DNA from: Candidatus Iainarchaeum sp. | GTDB lineage: Archaea; Iainarchaeota; Iainarchaeia; Iainarchaeales; DTGL01 | Assembly: GCA_038886995.1 (NCBI GenBank) | Contig: JAWALG010000006.1 | Coordinates: 1 to 41,131, forward strand | Reading direction: 5' to 3' | Length of the DNA: 41,131 bases | In this document: one piece after another, positions 26,218-35,307 of the stretch | Position numbering within the stretch: the first letter of the stretch is position 1 | Layout: each line of letters begins with the position of its first letter | Translations under genes and position numbers: made by a program | Notes under the pieces: generated by a model | Seen by the model: the letters and a program-made list of their open reading frames with translations, nothing else | Databases searched by the model: none | What the model was told of the DNA's origin: nothing

Positions 26218-26757
26218 TCACTCCGACTTCAAAAGCCTTGCTTTTTCTACTAAGTATATACTGTCCTGGAATATCCTCAGGTCTTTTTTTGTTACTTTTG
26301 TAGCTTTTTCTATGTTTGCAGCGGTTTGACCAACATGCTCCTTGTTATTGCCTTTTATTATAATTTCTTTCCCCTTTAGCTCTACCGTGGTATTATCACC
26401 AACAATTTTTGCCTTTCTTGGCTTCTTTTCCCCAAGAAAGTTGTTTATTATAATCTCTCTTCCAGAAATCTGAACATTTGTTGGAAAGTGTACATGTACA
26501 ATCCTCATCTTAGCTTCATAACCATACTTAAGGCCCTGAATAATATTTTCTATGCACTTCTTAGTCGTGTTAACAATAGCTGTTGTCTTTCTTTTTTGGT
26601 TTTTGCCTTTTATCACTATTTCATTCCCTTCTTTGCTTATATCGATGACCCTTGCCCTAAAGCTTTTGCTCTCCTTTTTGCCATTATGCGTTATGGTTAC
26701 TGTATTGTTCGATACCTCTGTTTCAAATCCACTTGGAACCAAAACCCTTCTTTCCAT
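26218..26757 (-). CDS. rpl6: 50S ribosomal protein L6
   Basis: HFP..V, I.NFLGEK.PR, G...E.VGQTAANIE and D.R.FQD.IY. Confidence 0.96.
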   Translation of the reverse strand: MERRVLVPSGFETEVSNNTVTITHNGKKESKSFRARVIDISKEGNEIVIKGKNQKRKTTAIVNTTKKCIENIIQGLKYGYEAKMRIVHVHFPTNVQISGREIIINNFLGEKKPRKAKIVGDNTTVELKGKEIIIKGNNKEHVGQTAANIEKATKVTKKDLRIFQDSIYLVEKARLLKSE

Positions 26758-26766
26758 TCTTCCACC

Positions 26767-27156
26767 TTAATACACATAGGCCAAAAGCCTTCCACCAACA
26801 CCTTTTTCCTTTGCCTCGCGGTGAGTCATGACACCTTGCGATGTGCTTACTATTAGTATCCCAATTTCTCTACTTGGCAAGTATCTTTTTTCGAATTTCT
26901 CAAATTCATGCTTCTTTGTCTTGTACCTTGGCTTTATTGCTTTACATTCGTTTATGGTGTGTGCAAGCTTGACCACAAAGTAACCGCCTTTTTTGTCATC
27001 AACATACTTGTAATCCAAAATGTAACTATTATTTTTCATTATTTCCAGTACTTTTTCAAGTAAGTTGGAAGTTGGTTTACATATGCATTCATCTTTTGCG
27101 GCTCTCTCACTGTTTTTTATTGTTATTAATGCATTTGCTACAGTATCTAGCTGCAT
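26767..27156 (-). CDS. rps8: 30S ribosomal protein S8
   Basis: D..ANAL..IKN.E, IN.C..IKPR, EKRYLP....G.LIVSTSQGVMTH.EA and GG.LLAYVY. Confidence 0.97.
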   Translation of the reverse strand: MQLDTVANALITIKNSERAAKDECICKPTSNLLEKVLEIMKNNSYILDYKYVDDKKGGYFVVKLAHTINECKAIKPRYKTKKHEFEKFEKRYLPSREIGILIVSTSQGVMTHREAKEKGVGGRLLAYVY

Positions 27157-27165
27157 GTTTTCCAC

Positions 27166-27315
27166 CTAATCATATTTTCTAAAGCCTATTTTTTCGGCAT
27201 TATGCTTAAAGCAACGCCAGCACATAACTAAGCCATAGCGGTTCATCACACCAGCGTATGTGCCGCAAATGGAGCACCTCTTCCTCCACTTCCTCCTGAC
27301 TATCTTCTTGCTCAT
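27166..27315 (-). CDS. rps14: 30S ribosomal protein S14 (zinc type); absent from the ORF track
   Basis: Hand translation: MSKKIVRRKWRKRCSICGTYAGVMNRYGLVMCWRCFKHNAEKIGFRKYD (49 aa). Confidence 0.95.
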   Translation of the reverse strand: MSKKIVRRKWRKRCSICGTYAGVMNRYGLVMCWRCFKHNAEKIGFRKYD

Positions 27316-27818
27316 TCACCCACCCTTATTCCAAGTTTTTTTGTAGCGTACTCAATTGCTTCTTCTTTTGTTATTCTATGCTTTTTACCAATCTTGCTTT
27401 TGTTATACCTCCTGAACTTTACGCGGTAACCTCGCCTTCTCAATGCAACAATCACATCAAACCCAAAAACCCCAAGCTGTGGATTATATTTTGTCCCAGG
27501 CATTTCAATGTGCTCTTTTATGCCAAAAGCAAAATTGCCGTTTTCGTCGAATTGGCTTCTGCTTATCTTAAACCCCTTTGCGGCAAGCGCTCTTTTTAGA
27601 AACTCCATTGCTTTTTCTTTTCTAAGCGTGGTCTTTACTCCTATCTCAAGACCTGGCCTTATGCCCCATTTTGGTTGCCTAACCTTTGCTTTTGTTCTGA
27701 CCGCTTTAGCACCTGTGATCTCTTCTAGGACTTTGTGTGCTTTTTGCAATTTTTCGCCAGACTCGCCTACGCCAATGTTTATTACAACTTTGTCAATCAT
27801 TATTTCTCGCATGTCCAT
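27312..27818 (-). CDS. rpl5: 50S ribosomal protein L5
   Basis: MRE..I.KVV.NIGVGESG, IG.K.TLR and FD..GNF.FGI.EHI..PG.KY.P..G.FG.D. Confidence 0.97.
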   Translation of the reverse strand: MDMREIMIDKVVINIGVGESGEKLQKAHKVLEEITGAKAVRTKAKVRQPKWGIRPGLEIGVKTTLRKEKAMEFLKRALAAKGFKISRSQFDENGNFAFGIKEHIEMPGTKYNPQLGVFGFDVIVALRRRGYRVKFRRYNKSKIGKKHRITKEEAIEYATKKLGIRVGE

Positions 27819-27828
27819 AAAACCACTC

Positions 27829-28533
27829 TTATTCTATTACCACAACATTTTTCACAGTTGTTTCGAATTCATTTGAACCCTGCTTAATTACTACTACCTT
27901 TCCACTTTTAGCAGTACTTGGTTTGATGCTGCTTATCACTGCCTGCTTGCTAACATGTGGCCCGGCAGTTATGTAAACCTTGGCTCCAACTTCCATTTTC
28001 TTGAGTTCTTTTATTTCATCTTCCGGTATTTTTATGAGTAGCGTATCATTTGGTTTTGCATCTGAAGCAAGTTTACCCTCCACAATGTAGTTATTCCCAT
28101 TATCTGTAGTCAGTTTGATCCTCCCTTTCTTTTCAATGGTTTTTCTGATAATTTTTGAAGGTCTTATGCGCTCTACACTTTTCTTATCTATTTTTTCAGG
28201 ATATAGGCGACCTTTTGCATCGAAGAGCATCCTATATTCATGACTGAGCCCATCCACTGATACAAAGTCAAATAAACCCACTGGAAAGCGCAAAGATTTC
28301 CTGACAATGCCATTTATTCTAACCTTGCCATCATTCAGGACTTTCTTAGCTTCTACTGCATTTGAAGCAACTTTTAGGCAATCTCTTAATATATACCCAA
28401 GAGGTACTGACCTTTCTTTGCTGTGTGGACCAACCTCTGGGCTGAGTGCAAACTTTTTCTCTTTCCTCAGTAAGTGCATTGTTTTCGGTGCTTTATGCCT
28501 TTTCATCTTTTTGTCGCCACCCTTTTTGGCCAT
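27829..28533 (-). CDS. rps4e: 30S ribosomal protein S4e
   Basis: KR..AP, GPH....S.PL...LRD, V.ING.VR....FPVGL.D and G..V.I..G.H. Confidence 0.95.
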   Translation of the reverse strand: MAKKGGDKKMKRHKAPKTMHLLRKEKKFALSPEVGPHSKERSVPLGYILRDCLKVASNAVEAKKVLNDGKVRINGIVRKSLRFPVGLFDFVSVDGLSHEYRMLFDAKGRLYPEKIDKKSVERIRPSKIIRKTIEKKGRIKLTTDNGNNYIVEGKLASDAKPNDTLLIKIPEDEIKELKKMEVGAKVYITAGPHVSKQAVISSIKPSTAKSGKVVVIKQGSNEFETTVKNVVVIE

Positions 28534-28537
28534 GCGC

Positions 28538-28882
28538 TCACCTCTTCTTGAACCTCTTTTCATCAGACCTTTCGAGTGATGTTATGATGAGGTTAGATGC
28601 ATTTATTGGCACTTGAACTTCAGCGCCATTTGCTTTTTTCCTGACAATCTTTTCAATATAAACAAAACCTTTCCTAACGTTCACCTTTGAAACTTTTCCG
28701 CTCTTGCCTTTAAATGAACCCCTCACTATTTTCACAGTGTCACCTTTTCTAACGGGCAAGCTTCTTCTTTTGAGCTCCTCCTTGAGCTCTTTGCTTAAGT
28801 GCGCTGAAACTATCTTTTTTCTCTGATGCAATGGCATCTCCTTAATTTTCTTTCTTTGTTTTTCCGGTTTTTTCGATACCAT
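28538..28882 (-). CDS. rpl24: 50S ribosomal protein L24
   Basis: S.KP.KQRK....PLH.R, LS.EL, RSLPVRKGD.V.I.RG.FKG and PI..SNL.I. Confidence 0.96.
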   Translation of the reverse strand: MVSKKPEKQRKKIKEMPLHQRKKIVSAHLSKELKEELKRRSLPVRKGDTVKIVRGSFKGKSGKVSKVNVRKGFVYIEKIVRKKANGAEVQVPINASNLIITSLERSDEKRFKKR

Positions 28883-28890
28883 ATTTACAC

Positions 28891-29289
28891 CTACACTACT
28901 TGCTGGGCAATCCCTGCCAACTTTGGCCATCTCTCAGCTGCTTCCTTAGCAATAGGCCCTTTAATCTCAGTTGCTTTAGGCATTCCTTTTTCATCTATTA
29001 GGGCAACAGCATTGTCCTCAAATTTTATCCTTGTTCCGTCAGCACGCCTGTATTCTTTTTTGATTCTCACAATCACAGCCCTTTCCACCTTTTTCCTTAT
29101 GTCTGGCTTTCCTTTCTTTACAACGACTATCACAAGATCAGCAATCCCCGCTTTTGGGTTCATTCTCTTTTTTGTTTTGTGGCCTATGACTGATATGATT
29201 TCAACTTCCTTGGCTCCAGAATTGTCTGCGCAAACGCATCTGCTCTTCTGTGTTAAGCTCCTAACCTGGACAGCACTAATCGCTTTCAT
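28891..29289 (-). CDS. rpl14: 50S ribosomal protein L14
   Basis: [30 protein letters not shown] and [11 protein letters not shown]. Confidence 0.97.
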   Translation of the reverse strand: MKAISAVQVRSLTQKSRCVCADNSGAKEVEIISVIGHKTKKRMNPKAGIADLVIVVVKKGKPDIRKKVERAVIVRIKKEYRRADGTRIKFEDNAVALIDEKGMPKATEIKGPIAKEAAERWPKLAGIAQQVV

Positions 29290-29588
29290 TTTTTATCACT
29301 CAAAACCTTCAACACAACAAATGACTTATGCTTGCTAAGTTTTCTCGTTTCCCCTATGAGGACCATATCCCCAACTTTAGCACCTATACAGTCCGGATTA
29401 TGTGCATGAATCCTAGACCTTGCTTTTGCATACCTTTCGTATTTCTTAATGTATTTTATTAGTGGCCTTTCAACAGTAACGGTTTTCTTTGTCTTTGCGC
29501 TTATGACTTTTCCTTCTAGGTAGTCCCCTCTAACTGTGACTTTTCCATGGTATGGGCACTTTTTGTCATTGCATACCTTTTCAACCAT
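29286..29588 (-). CDS. rps17: 30S ribosomal protein S17
   Basis: C.D.KCPYHG...RG, KYERY....S.I.AH.P.C and GD.V.I.E.R.LSK. Confidence 0.97.
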   Translation of the reverse strand: MVEKVCNDKKCPYHGKVTVRGDYLEGKVISAKTKKTVTVERPLIKYIKKYERYAKARSRIHAHNPDCIGAKVGDMVLIGETRKLSKHKSFVVLKVLSDKK

Positions 29589-29859
29589 TTTGTTCACCCC
29601 AGCATCTCTTTATCCTATCCTCTGGCTTAAACAACATCTTCCTGCAGTCCAGAACAATTTTTTCACCACAATCTTCAACCTCAATCACTATTTCAGCTTT
29701 TGGCAAAATTTTCTTTTCACCTTTATTTTCAATTGTTATTGTGTTCTTGGTTTCATCGATTATAACTCCTGATATGCCTACACGGCCTTTATCAGAGCTT
29801 TCCAAAACTTTTGCTCTAAGGCCGATAATCTCCCTAATCATTGCCTTGTTCTTAACCAT
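29581..29859 (-). CDS. rnp1: RNase P protein component 1 (Rpp29/POP4)
   Basis: E.IGL...[12 protein letters not shown], .PK and PEDRIK; canonical position. Confidence 0.92.
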   Translation of the reverse strand: MVKNKAMIREIIGLRAKVLESSDKGRVGISGVIIDETKNTITIENKGEKKILPKAEIVIEVEDCGEKIVLDCRKMLFKPEDRIKRCWGEQNG

Positions 29860-29862
29860 TTT

Positions 29863-30165
29863 TTAACCTTCTAGCAAAGCTTCATTATAGCCAATCTTTT
29901 TCAAAAGCTCCTTGGCTCTTTCCTTTTGGTTTCCCTGCAACTCAATTACACCATTCTTAACCGTTCCACCGCAAGCAAGTTTTTTTCTCATCTGCTTTGC
30001 AATTTCCTCAATGTCAACGCTTTTGTCAAACCCACTTATAAGCGTCACCATTTTTCCAAAGTGCCTTTTTGTAACCTGTATGCTTACCTTTTGCTGCTCT
30101 TTTGCTATTTCTCCACAGACACAAAGTTCTTTTGGCTGCCCACATTTTGGGCAGATATCGGGCAT
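29863..30165 (-). CDS. Translation initiation factor aIF1 (SUI1)
   Basis: ICP.CG.P.ELC.C, K.VT.I.G and KLACGGTVK...IELQG. Confidence 0.95.
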   Translation of the reverse strand: MPDICPKCGQPKELCVCGEIAKEQQKVSIQVTKRHFGKMVTLISGFDKSVDIEEIAKQMRKKLACGGTVKNGVIELQGNQKERAKELLKKIGYNEALLEG

Positions 30166-30167
30166 GC

Positions 30168-30401
30168 TTATTTTTCCACCTCCTTCTTTTGAGCATTTTT
30201 CTTTGCGTTTGCTATCTTTCTTTCGTTCATTATTGTGAGTATTCTTGCAATATCCCTTCTGATGTTCTTTATTTTTGCCGGTTTCTCAGGTCTTGTTTTT
30301 GAAGCCACAGTTGCCTTTTCTTTCGAGAGCTCACGCCTTAATGCTGCAAGTTTTTCTAACAGCTCGTTGTCGCTCAAAGCTCTTATCTCTGATGCTTTCA
30401 T
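30168..30401 (-). CDS. rpl29: 50S ribosomal protein L29
   Basis: MK..EIR.LS..EL..KL..L..EL and P..I...RR.IARI.T. Confidence 0.95.
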   Translation of the reverse strand: MKASEIRALSDNELLEKLAALRRELSKEKATVASKTRPEKPAKIKNIRRDIARILTIMNERKIANAKKNAQKKEVEK

Positions 30402-30412
30402 CTAATACACCT

Positions 30413-31228
30413 TCATTTTGCACCTTCCGCTTCAACTAATTCATGCACCTCTTCCTTCGTTTCTACCCCAGCGGTCTCTTTATCCAGCACTTCTTCTTCC
30501 TTCGGCTCAGCCTTCTCAGCATTTACTTCTTCTTGCTCTACCTTTTTTTCAATGCCTTCTTTTGTTACGCTTTCAGCAACATCTTTCTTTTCACCAGCTT
30601 CTCCACCACCTTTTATATCCGTCTTAGCTTTTATAATATCGCTTAACTTCCTTTTATCAGGGAACACGACGCCAGGCCTTATAATTCTCACCTTAATACC
30701 TATCGCACCAATCTTTGGCACTGCAACCCCTTTTGCGTAGTCAACTAAGTAAGCTTGCTCTCCAGCTTTTTTCATATAACCTTTCGCAATTCTTTCATGC
30801 TTTGCTCTGTTACCCTTTCCAGCCAAAACACCTTGAAGCACAACTTCTATGCCTTGTGCGCCATTTGAGATTGCGTCTTCCACAACCCTATAAACAACGC
30901 TTCTCCAAGAATATCCTTTTTCAATAAGTGTTTTTATTCTGTCAACACAGGCCTTTGCATTTAGTTCAGGATTATTTACGCCTTGCACTTCTATTTGCGG
31001 GTTTTCATATCCAAACTTTTCTTCAAGCTCCTTTGTAAGATTTTTTATTGCTTTGCCCTTTTTACCTATCGCAATTCCTGGTTTGGTTACCATTACAATT
31101 ACTCTTGTAGCAATCGGTGTTTTTATGACATCCACGCCTATGAAGCCAGCAGATCTAAGCTCCGGCTCCAAGTATTTCTCCAACATCATTTTTTTGAGAC
31201 CCTGCCTTACAAAGTGCTTCTCTATCAT
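30413..31228 (-). CDS. rps3: 30S ribosomal protein S3
   Basis: IEK.FV, KH domain PG..IG..G..I, P.LNA, GA.G.E....G and G..GIKV.I; acidic C-terminal tail. Confidence 0.96.
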   Translation of the reverse strand: MIEKHFVRQGLKKMMLEKYLEPELRSAGFIGVDVIKTPIATRVIVMVTKPGIAIGKKGKAIKNLTKELEEKFGYENPQIEVQGVNNPELNAKACVDRIKTLIEKGYSWRSVVYRVVEDAISNGAQGIEVVLQGVLAGKGNRAKHERIAKGYMKKAGEQAYLVDYAKGVAVPKIGAIGIKVRIIRPGVVFPDKRKLSDIIKAKTDIKGGGEAGEKKDVAESVTKEGIEKKVEQEEVNAEKAEPKEEEVLDKETAGVETKEEVHELVEAEGAK

Positions 31229-31689
31229 GATTTAACCTCTTGGAGTACAATCTCAATATGAGTACTTTTCTTTCTTCTCCTCTTGCCAGCAATCCTGCCT
31301 TTAGGTTGCATTGAGAAACGCCTGTAGCCCTGACTGGCAAATAAATGCTTTATTATGAGCTTTTCAGTATCAAGGCCTTTGTTTTCAGCATTCGCCTTTG
31401 CATAAGAAATTAATTCGAGAAAGGCCTTGCAGGTATTTATTGGGTAGCGCCCTGCCTTTTGGCCATTAATTGCTTTTCCTTTCCTGTGTGGTACTTTTTT
31501 GTGATACTTTTTTAGAGGCAGATACTGCTTCATCTCAGATATTTCTTGCAGTATCTTCTCTGCTTTTTCAACAGGTAGTCCTTTTATCTGATTACATATT
31601 TCTGTTGCATATTTCAAGCTTATTGGCCTGTTCTTAAGCATGGCTTTTGCTGTACTTTTCTCATCAAAATCTTTTATCTGGTAACTCAT
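31225..31689 (-). CDS. rpl22: 50S ribosomal protein L22
   Basis: IS.K...EIC..IKG, V.HRKG, GRYP, NAE.KGL and H.EI.L.E. Start ATG 31689. Confidence 0.96.
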   Translation of the reverse strand: MSYQIKDFDEKSTAKAMLKNRPISLKYATEICNQIKGLPVEKAEKILQEISEMKQYLPLKKYHKKVPHRKGKAINGQKAGRYPINTCKAFLELISYAKANAENKGLDTEKLIIKHLFASQGYRRFSMQPKGRIAGKRRRKKSTHIEIVLQEVKS

Positions 31690-31702
31690 CTTTACCAAGT
31701 CA

Positions 31703-32107
31703 TCACTTCCTTGCAATTGCTGTGCTGGATCTTGTTGCACCTATCCCGGCTTTGCCGTGCTTTAACCTCTTTCTTGTAAGTGCAAATTCCCCTAAGTAGT
31801 GTCCAAGCATTTCGGGTACAACTTCAACTACAGTAAACTCCTTTCCATTGTAAACGCCAAACTTAAGGCCAAGCATTTGAGGCACAACAACAGTGTCGCG
31901 TCTGTGAGTTCTTATTGGCTTTATATCTTTCACATTTTTTTCCATTAACTTTCTTGCCTCTAATATTCTCTTCTCAAGCCCCTTGTCTATGCCATGGCGC
32001 AAGAGACTTCTTCTGGCTCTAGAGTTACAAAGTGCTGCAAACTCCTGATAGGTCATACTTTTCATTTCTTCAATTGTTTTGCCCCTGTATGTAAATGTTT
32101 TTTCCAT
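31703..32107 (-). CDS. rps19: 30S ribosomal protein S19
   Basis: F.YRG, SR.RRSL, RTH.RD....P.M.G....VYNGK.F and MLGHYLGEFA.TRK...HG.AG.GATRSS. Confidence 0.97.
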   Translation of the reverse strand: MEKTFTYRGKTIEEMKSMTYQEFAALCNSRARRSLLRHGIDKGLEKRILEARKLMEKNVKDIKPIRTHRRDTVVVPQMLGLKFGVYNGKEFTVVEVVPEMLGHYLGEFALTRKRLKHGKAGIGATRSSTAIARK

Positions 32108-32118
32108 TTTATTCACCT

Positions 32119-32829
32119 TTACTTTTTACGCCTTCCAGTCCTTCTAGCAGCAATCTGTCCAACTTTTCTTCCTGGCGGTGCACCACGCTTTGCACTTTTG
32201 CTTTTGCCCACATGGTGCTGTGATCCTCCGAATGGATGGTCAATCGGGTTCATCGCAACGCCCCTAACTCTGAAAGATTTCTTTCCTTTTGCCCTGTAAT
32301 GGTGGTAAGCTTTGCCAGCTTTCACAAATGGCTTGTCAACACGTTCACCACAGCTTAAGCAGCCAACTGTAGCATAGCAATCCCCTGAGATTTCTTTTGA
32401 TTTGCCCGAAGGCATTTTTATCATGGCTTTATTTCCCCTTTTTTCAACCAATAGTGCATAACTGCCAGATGACCTGACAAGCTTGCCGCCGTCGCCTGGC
32501 TCTATTTCAATGTTGAATATTGGACATCCTTCAGGAATGCTTTTAAGAGGAAGTATGTTGCCTAAGGAAACATCTGCCTTTTCTCCAATTTCTATGTGCT
32601 CTCCTTCAAATAGGCCTTCTGGTGCAAGCATATAAAAGTCCTTGCCATTTTCAAGCTTTACTTTTGCAACTACGACATCCCTCGCTGGCTCTTTAAAAAG
32701 TTCTACAACTTGCCCCCTAATGTTTTCAGCCGTTATGTTCATATACTTAACATCTATGCGGCCTTGTTTCCTTGCCTTGTAAGGCGGTCCGCCTTTTCCA
32801 AGCCTTTGAGCCCTAATCCTCTTACCCAT
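32119..32829 (-). CDS. rpl2: 50S ribosomal protein L2
   Basis: MGKRI..QR.G.G, IPEG..I.NIE..PGDGGKL.RS.G, KP..KAG, VRGVAMNP.DHPFGG and PPG.KVG.IAARRTG. Confidence 0.97.
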   Translation of the reverse strand: MGKRIRAQRLGKGGPPYKARKQGRIDVKYMNITAENIRGQVVELFKEPARDVVVAKVKLENGKDFYMLAPEGLFEGEHIEIGEKADVSLGNILPLKSIPEGCPIFNIEIEPGDGGKLVRSSGSYALLVEKRGNKAMIKMPSGKSKEISGDCYATVGCLSCGERVDKPFVKAGKAYHHYRAKGKKSFRVRGVAMNPIDHPFGGSQHHVGKSKSAKRGAPPGRKVGQIAARRTGRRKK

Positions 32830-32834
32830 AATAA

Positions 32835-33299
32835 TCACAATAGCCCGAGTTTCATTGCAATATCACTTGCCTTATAATTTTTATTTATCTTTATTATTGC
32901 CTTTTTTTGGCCTTTCATGTCGTTTATCACATTTATTTTATCTACTTTTACCTTAAATTCACCCTCAAAAATCTTTTTTATTTCAGCTTTGCTAACTTCC
33001 TTCTTTACTATGAATGTAATTTTATTTTCCTTCTCCACCATGTCAACTGCTTTCTCTGAAACAAGAGGTCTCACCATGAAATCCAGGAAATTTGAAGAAA
33101 CTTCAGCAGAGTATTCTTTTTTGCTACTTGCCTCTTTAGCATCCCCCTCCTCATCAATCTTTTTATCATTAGCCGCCCCTGCTTTTTTTACCGCTTCTTT
33201 TGCAACAGCTCGTGATTTCTTATTCATTTCCTTTTCGGCTTTCACGGTTGCCCTAGCATTGCTTTCTTTGGCTTTTGCTTCGTCGGAAACTTTCTTCAT
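32835..33299 (-). CDS. rpl23: 50S ribosomal protein L23 with a long N-terminal extension
   Basis: Core P..SEKA...E.EN..TF.V....K..IK..FE..F.VKV..IN, KKA.I and A.DIA.KLG. ATG 33299 overlaps the rpl4 stop (ATGA). Confidence 0.92.
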   Translation of the reverse strand: MKKVSDEAKAKESNARATVKAEKEMNKKSRAVAKEAVKKAGAANDKKIDEEGDAKEASSKKEYSAEVSSNFLDFMVRPLVSEKAVDMVEKENKITFIVKKEVSKAEIKKIFEGEFKVKVDKINVINDMKGQKKAIIKINKNYKASDIAMKLGLL

Positions 33300-34132
33300 T
33301 TCAACCACTCAGAAACTTTTTTTATTGCATCTTCACTCCAAACTGATAGCCTACCTGGTTGGCCCCCAGGTGCTAGCAATTCAGCATTGAGCTTTCTGAA
33401 GGGCACTATGTCTACACCAACAAGGTTCCTGGCAGCCTTATATGCAGGACATTCTTTTGAGGTTACTATAAGAACGCTTTTTTTCTTTTTTATGCCACGG
33501 CCTTTAGTTTTGCCTTTGCCTGATTTTCTTTTTGTTTTTTCTTTAGCATACTCAATGTCTTCTAAAAGCCCTATCTTTGAAAACAATTCTATAATATCCT
33601 TAGTTTTTTTAAGCCCCTCAATTGAGTTGTCAACTACAATAGGGAGAGCGACTTCCTTTCCTACTCTGTGTCTTTTAGCAACATACTCAATTTCTTTAGT
33701 GTAAGCTATTGCGCTCATTAGCGCTTTTTTCTTCTCCTTCTTGTTTATCTTCTCAAATATTATTTTTTCAACCTTTGGTGGATGCGCTGCTCTGCCGCCA
33801 ACAGCTTGTGGCACATTGCCTACACGGCTTGCAAGCAAAGAACCCCTGTTCTTCAGTCGTGGAAGTCTTGCATGCTCAACATTTATGCCTCTGTTCTGTG
33901 CTGGCAAAGCCCTTCTTCCTCTGTATTCTGCTACCTTCATTCCAGCTCCTGGCTTAACACCTTTTTTTTGCCTTCTTGCTGACTGTATTGAAAGTACTGC
34001 TCTTCTTATAATCTCCGGCTCCAGGTCATGCTTAAATACATCCGGCAAAATAATCTCACGGATAGCTTTTCCATTCAGGTCATATACAGGTACCTTTAGA
34101 GAATTGCCTTGCTTTTTACTGCTTGGCTGCAA
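33296..34132 (-). CDS. rpl4: 50S ribosomal protein L4
   Basis: V.VY.L.G, LP.VF, ARLPR, VP.AVGGR.AHPP, KIN.KE...A..SAI, AARNL.GVD and LAPGG.PGRL..W. Confidence 0.96.
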   Translation of the reverse strand: MQPSSKKQGNSLKVPVYDLNGKAIREIILPDVFKHDLEPEIIRRAVLSIQSARRQKKGVKPGAGMKVAEYRGRRALPAQNRGINVEHARLPRLKNRGSLLASRVGNVPQAVGGRAAHPPKVEKIIFEKINKKEKKKALMSAIAYTKEIEYVAKRHRVGKEVALPIVVDNSIEGLKKTKDIIELFSKIGLLEDIEYAKEKTKRKSGKGKTKGRGIKKKKSVLIVTSKECPAYKAARNLVGVDIVPFRKLNAELLAPGGQPGRLSVWSEDAIKKVSEWLK

Positions 34133-35144
34133 TGTAGTTCACCTCGTAAGCAAAGCGATTTTCTGCATGCTGCCTTAATGCTTGGCGCATTGCTATGCAC
34201 CTTTTTGAAGGCCCAGGCACTGAACCTTCAACAATTAAATACTCATTTTTTATTTCACCATAATTTTTCCAACCACTTCTCGGCACTAGCTTTTCGTCAC
34301 TTATCTTAAGTATTCTTTTATTGTATTCCGTTCTTGTCTGGTAACCCAATTGGCCGGCTCTTGCAACAGTCCATTGAACCGTGCCAGGTGTTATTGGTCC
34401 CAAAGAACCGACAGTTTTCCTTTTCTTTGATTTTGGCCTGTGTGTTTTGACCCCAAATCTTTTAACAACACCTGAGAAGCCCTTGCCTTTGGTTACCGCC
34501 TTTATATCCACAAACTCATTTTCTGAGAATATTTCTTTTACACTAATTTCTTTCCCAAGCTTGGATGAAGCATATTTCAATTGTTCCTCAACAGGGCCTG
34601 TTAGAGCAATCTCCACAATCTCTGGCTTTTTCTTGCCAATTGATGTAAGCTTTGGCTGCAGACACGCAAGAAGCCTAATCTCTGAAACTTTGCCTTCCTT
34701 TACCATTTTCTCAACAGTTGCAATGCCCTTAAAGTCAGATTCTTTGCCTTTAGCCGGCTCTTTTTGCTCTGTGCCTTTCTTTTTTGGGCTTAATGTTATA
34801 ACCTTCCTTGAAAGTTCCTTTGGCATAGATTCGCAAAGCACATCGCCAATTGCCCTTAGGCCCTCAAATGTTTTTTCATACGCCCTAACCCCAAAAACAA
34901 AAACTGGCGGCGTTTCAACTATAGTAACTGCTTTAGCAACATTCATGTTGTATGTTGGGCTGCCTTTGTGTGGATCCGTGAAAATTACGTGAGTCATGCC
35001 AACCTTATAGCCATAGAAATTCATTGGCTTTGCTTCTTTTGTCTCTTTTTCTAAATAGGTTTTAAATACTGGCGTCTCTCTTTTTGCGCGTTTGCGCGGA
35101 TAAAAAGCCAAGCTACCGCTTCTGGGTTTGTGCTTTTTTGTCAT
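34116..35144 (-). CDS. rpl3: 50S ribosomal protein L3
   Basis: PR.GSL.F.PRKRA, GYKVGMTH, VTIVETPP, AVTKGKGF.G.VKRFG, RAGQ.GY..RTEYNK and GS.PGP.KR. Confidence 0.97.
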   Translation of the reverse strand: MTKKHKPRSGSLAFYPRKRAKRETPVFKTYLEKETKEAKPMNFYGYKVGMTHVIFTDPHKGSPTYNMNVAKAVTIVETPPVFVFGVRAYEKTFEGLRAIGDVLCESMPKELSRKVITLSPKKKGTEQKEPAKGKESDFKGIATVEKMVKEGKVSEIRLLACLQPKLTSIGKKKPEIVEIALTGPVEEQLKYASSKLGKEISVKEIFSENEFVDIKAVTKGKGFSGVVKRFGVKTHRPKSKKRKTVGSLGPITPGTVQWTVARAGQLGYQTRTEYNKRILKISDEKLVPRSGWKNYGEIKNEYLIVEGSVPGPSKRCIAMRQALRQHAENRFAYEVNYIAAKQ

Positions 35145-35153
35145 TCATTGCAC

Positions 35154-35258
35154 CGCAATTAGGCATACGCCTAAAAGAAGCAAGCTACAGCATTTATGTC
35201 CCAATGGTGCTTATATTGGGGCACAGTGTGCTTGCACAAATAATAATAAACAATTGCG
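35154..35258 (-). promoter_or_regulatory. Structured 5' leader of the rpl3 (S10) operon
   Basis: Hairpin TTAGGC/GCCTAA (35159-35174) and a long irregular hairpin GCAAGC/GCTTGC (35180-35185 with 35230-35235) containing inner CCCAAT/ATTGGG. TATA-like TTTTAAAT near 35266-35273. Confidence 0.5.
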
Positions 35259-35307
35259 AGAATTAATTTAAAAACCTTGTGCTTTAACTCCTTCAAAAAA
35301 AGCAAAC

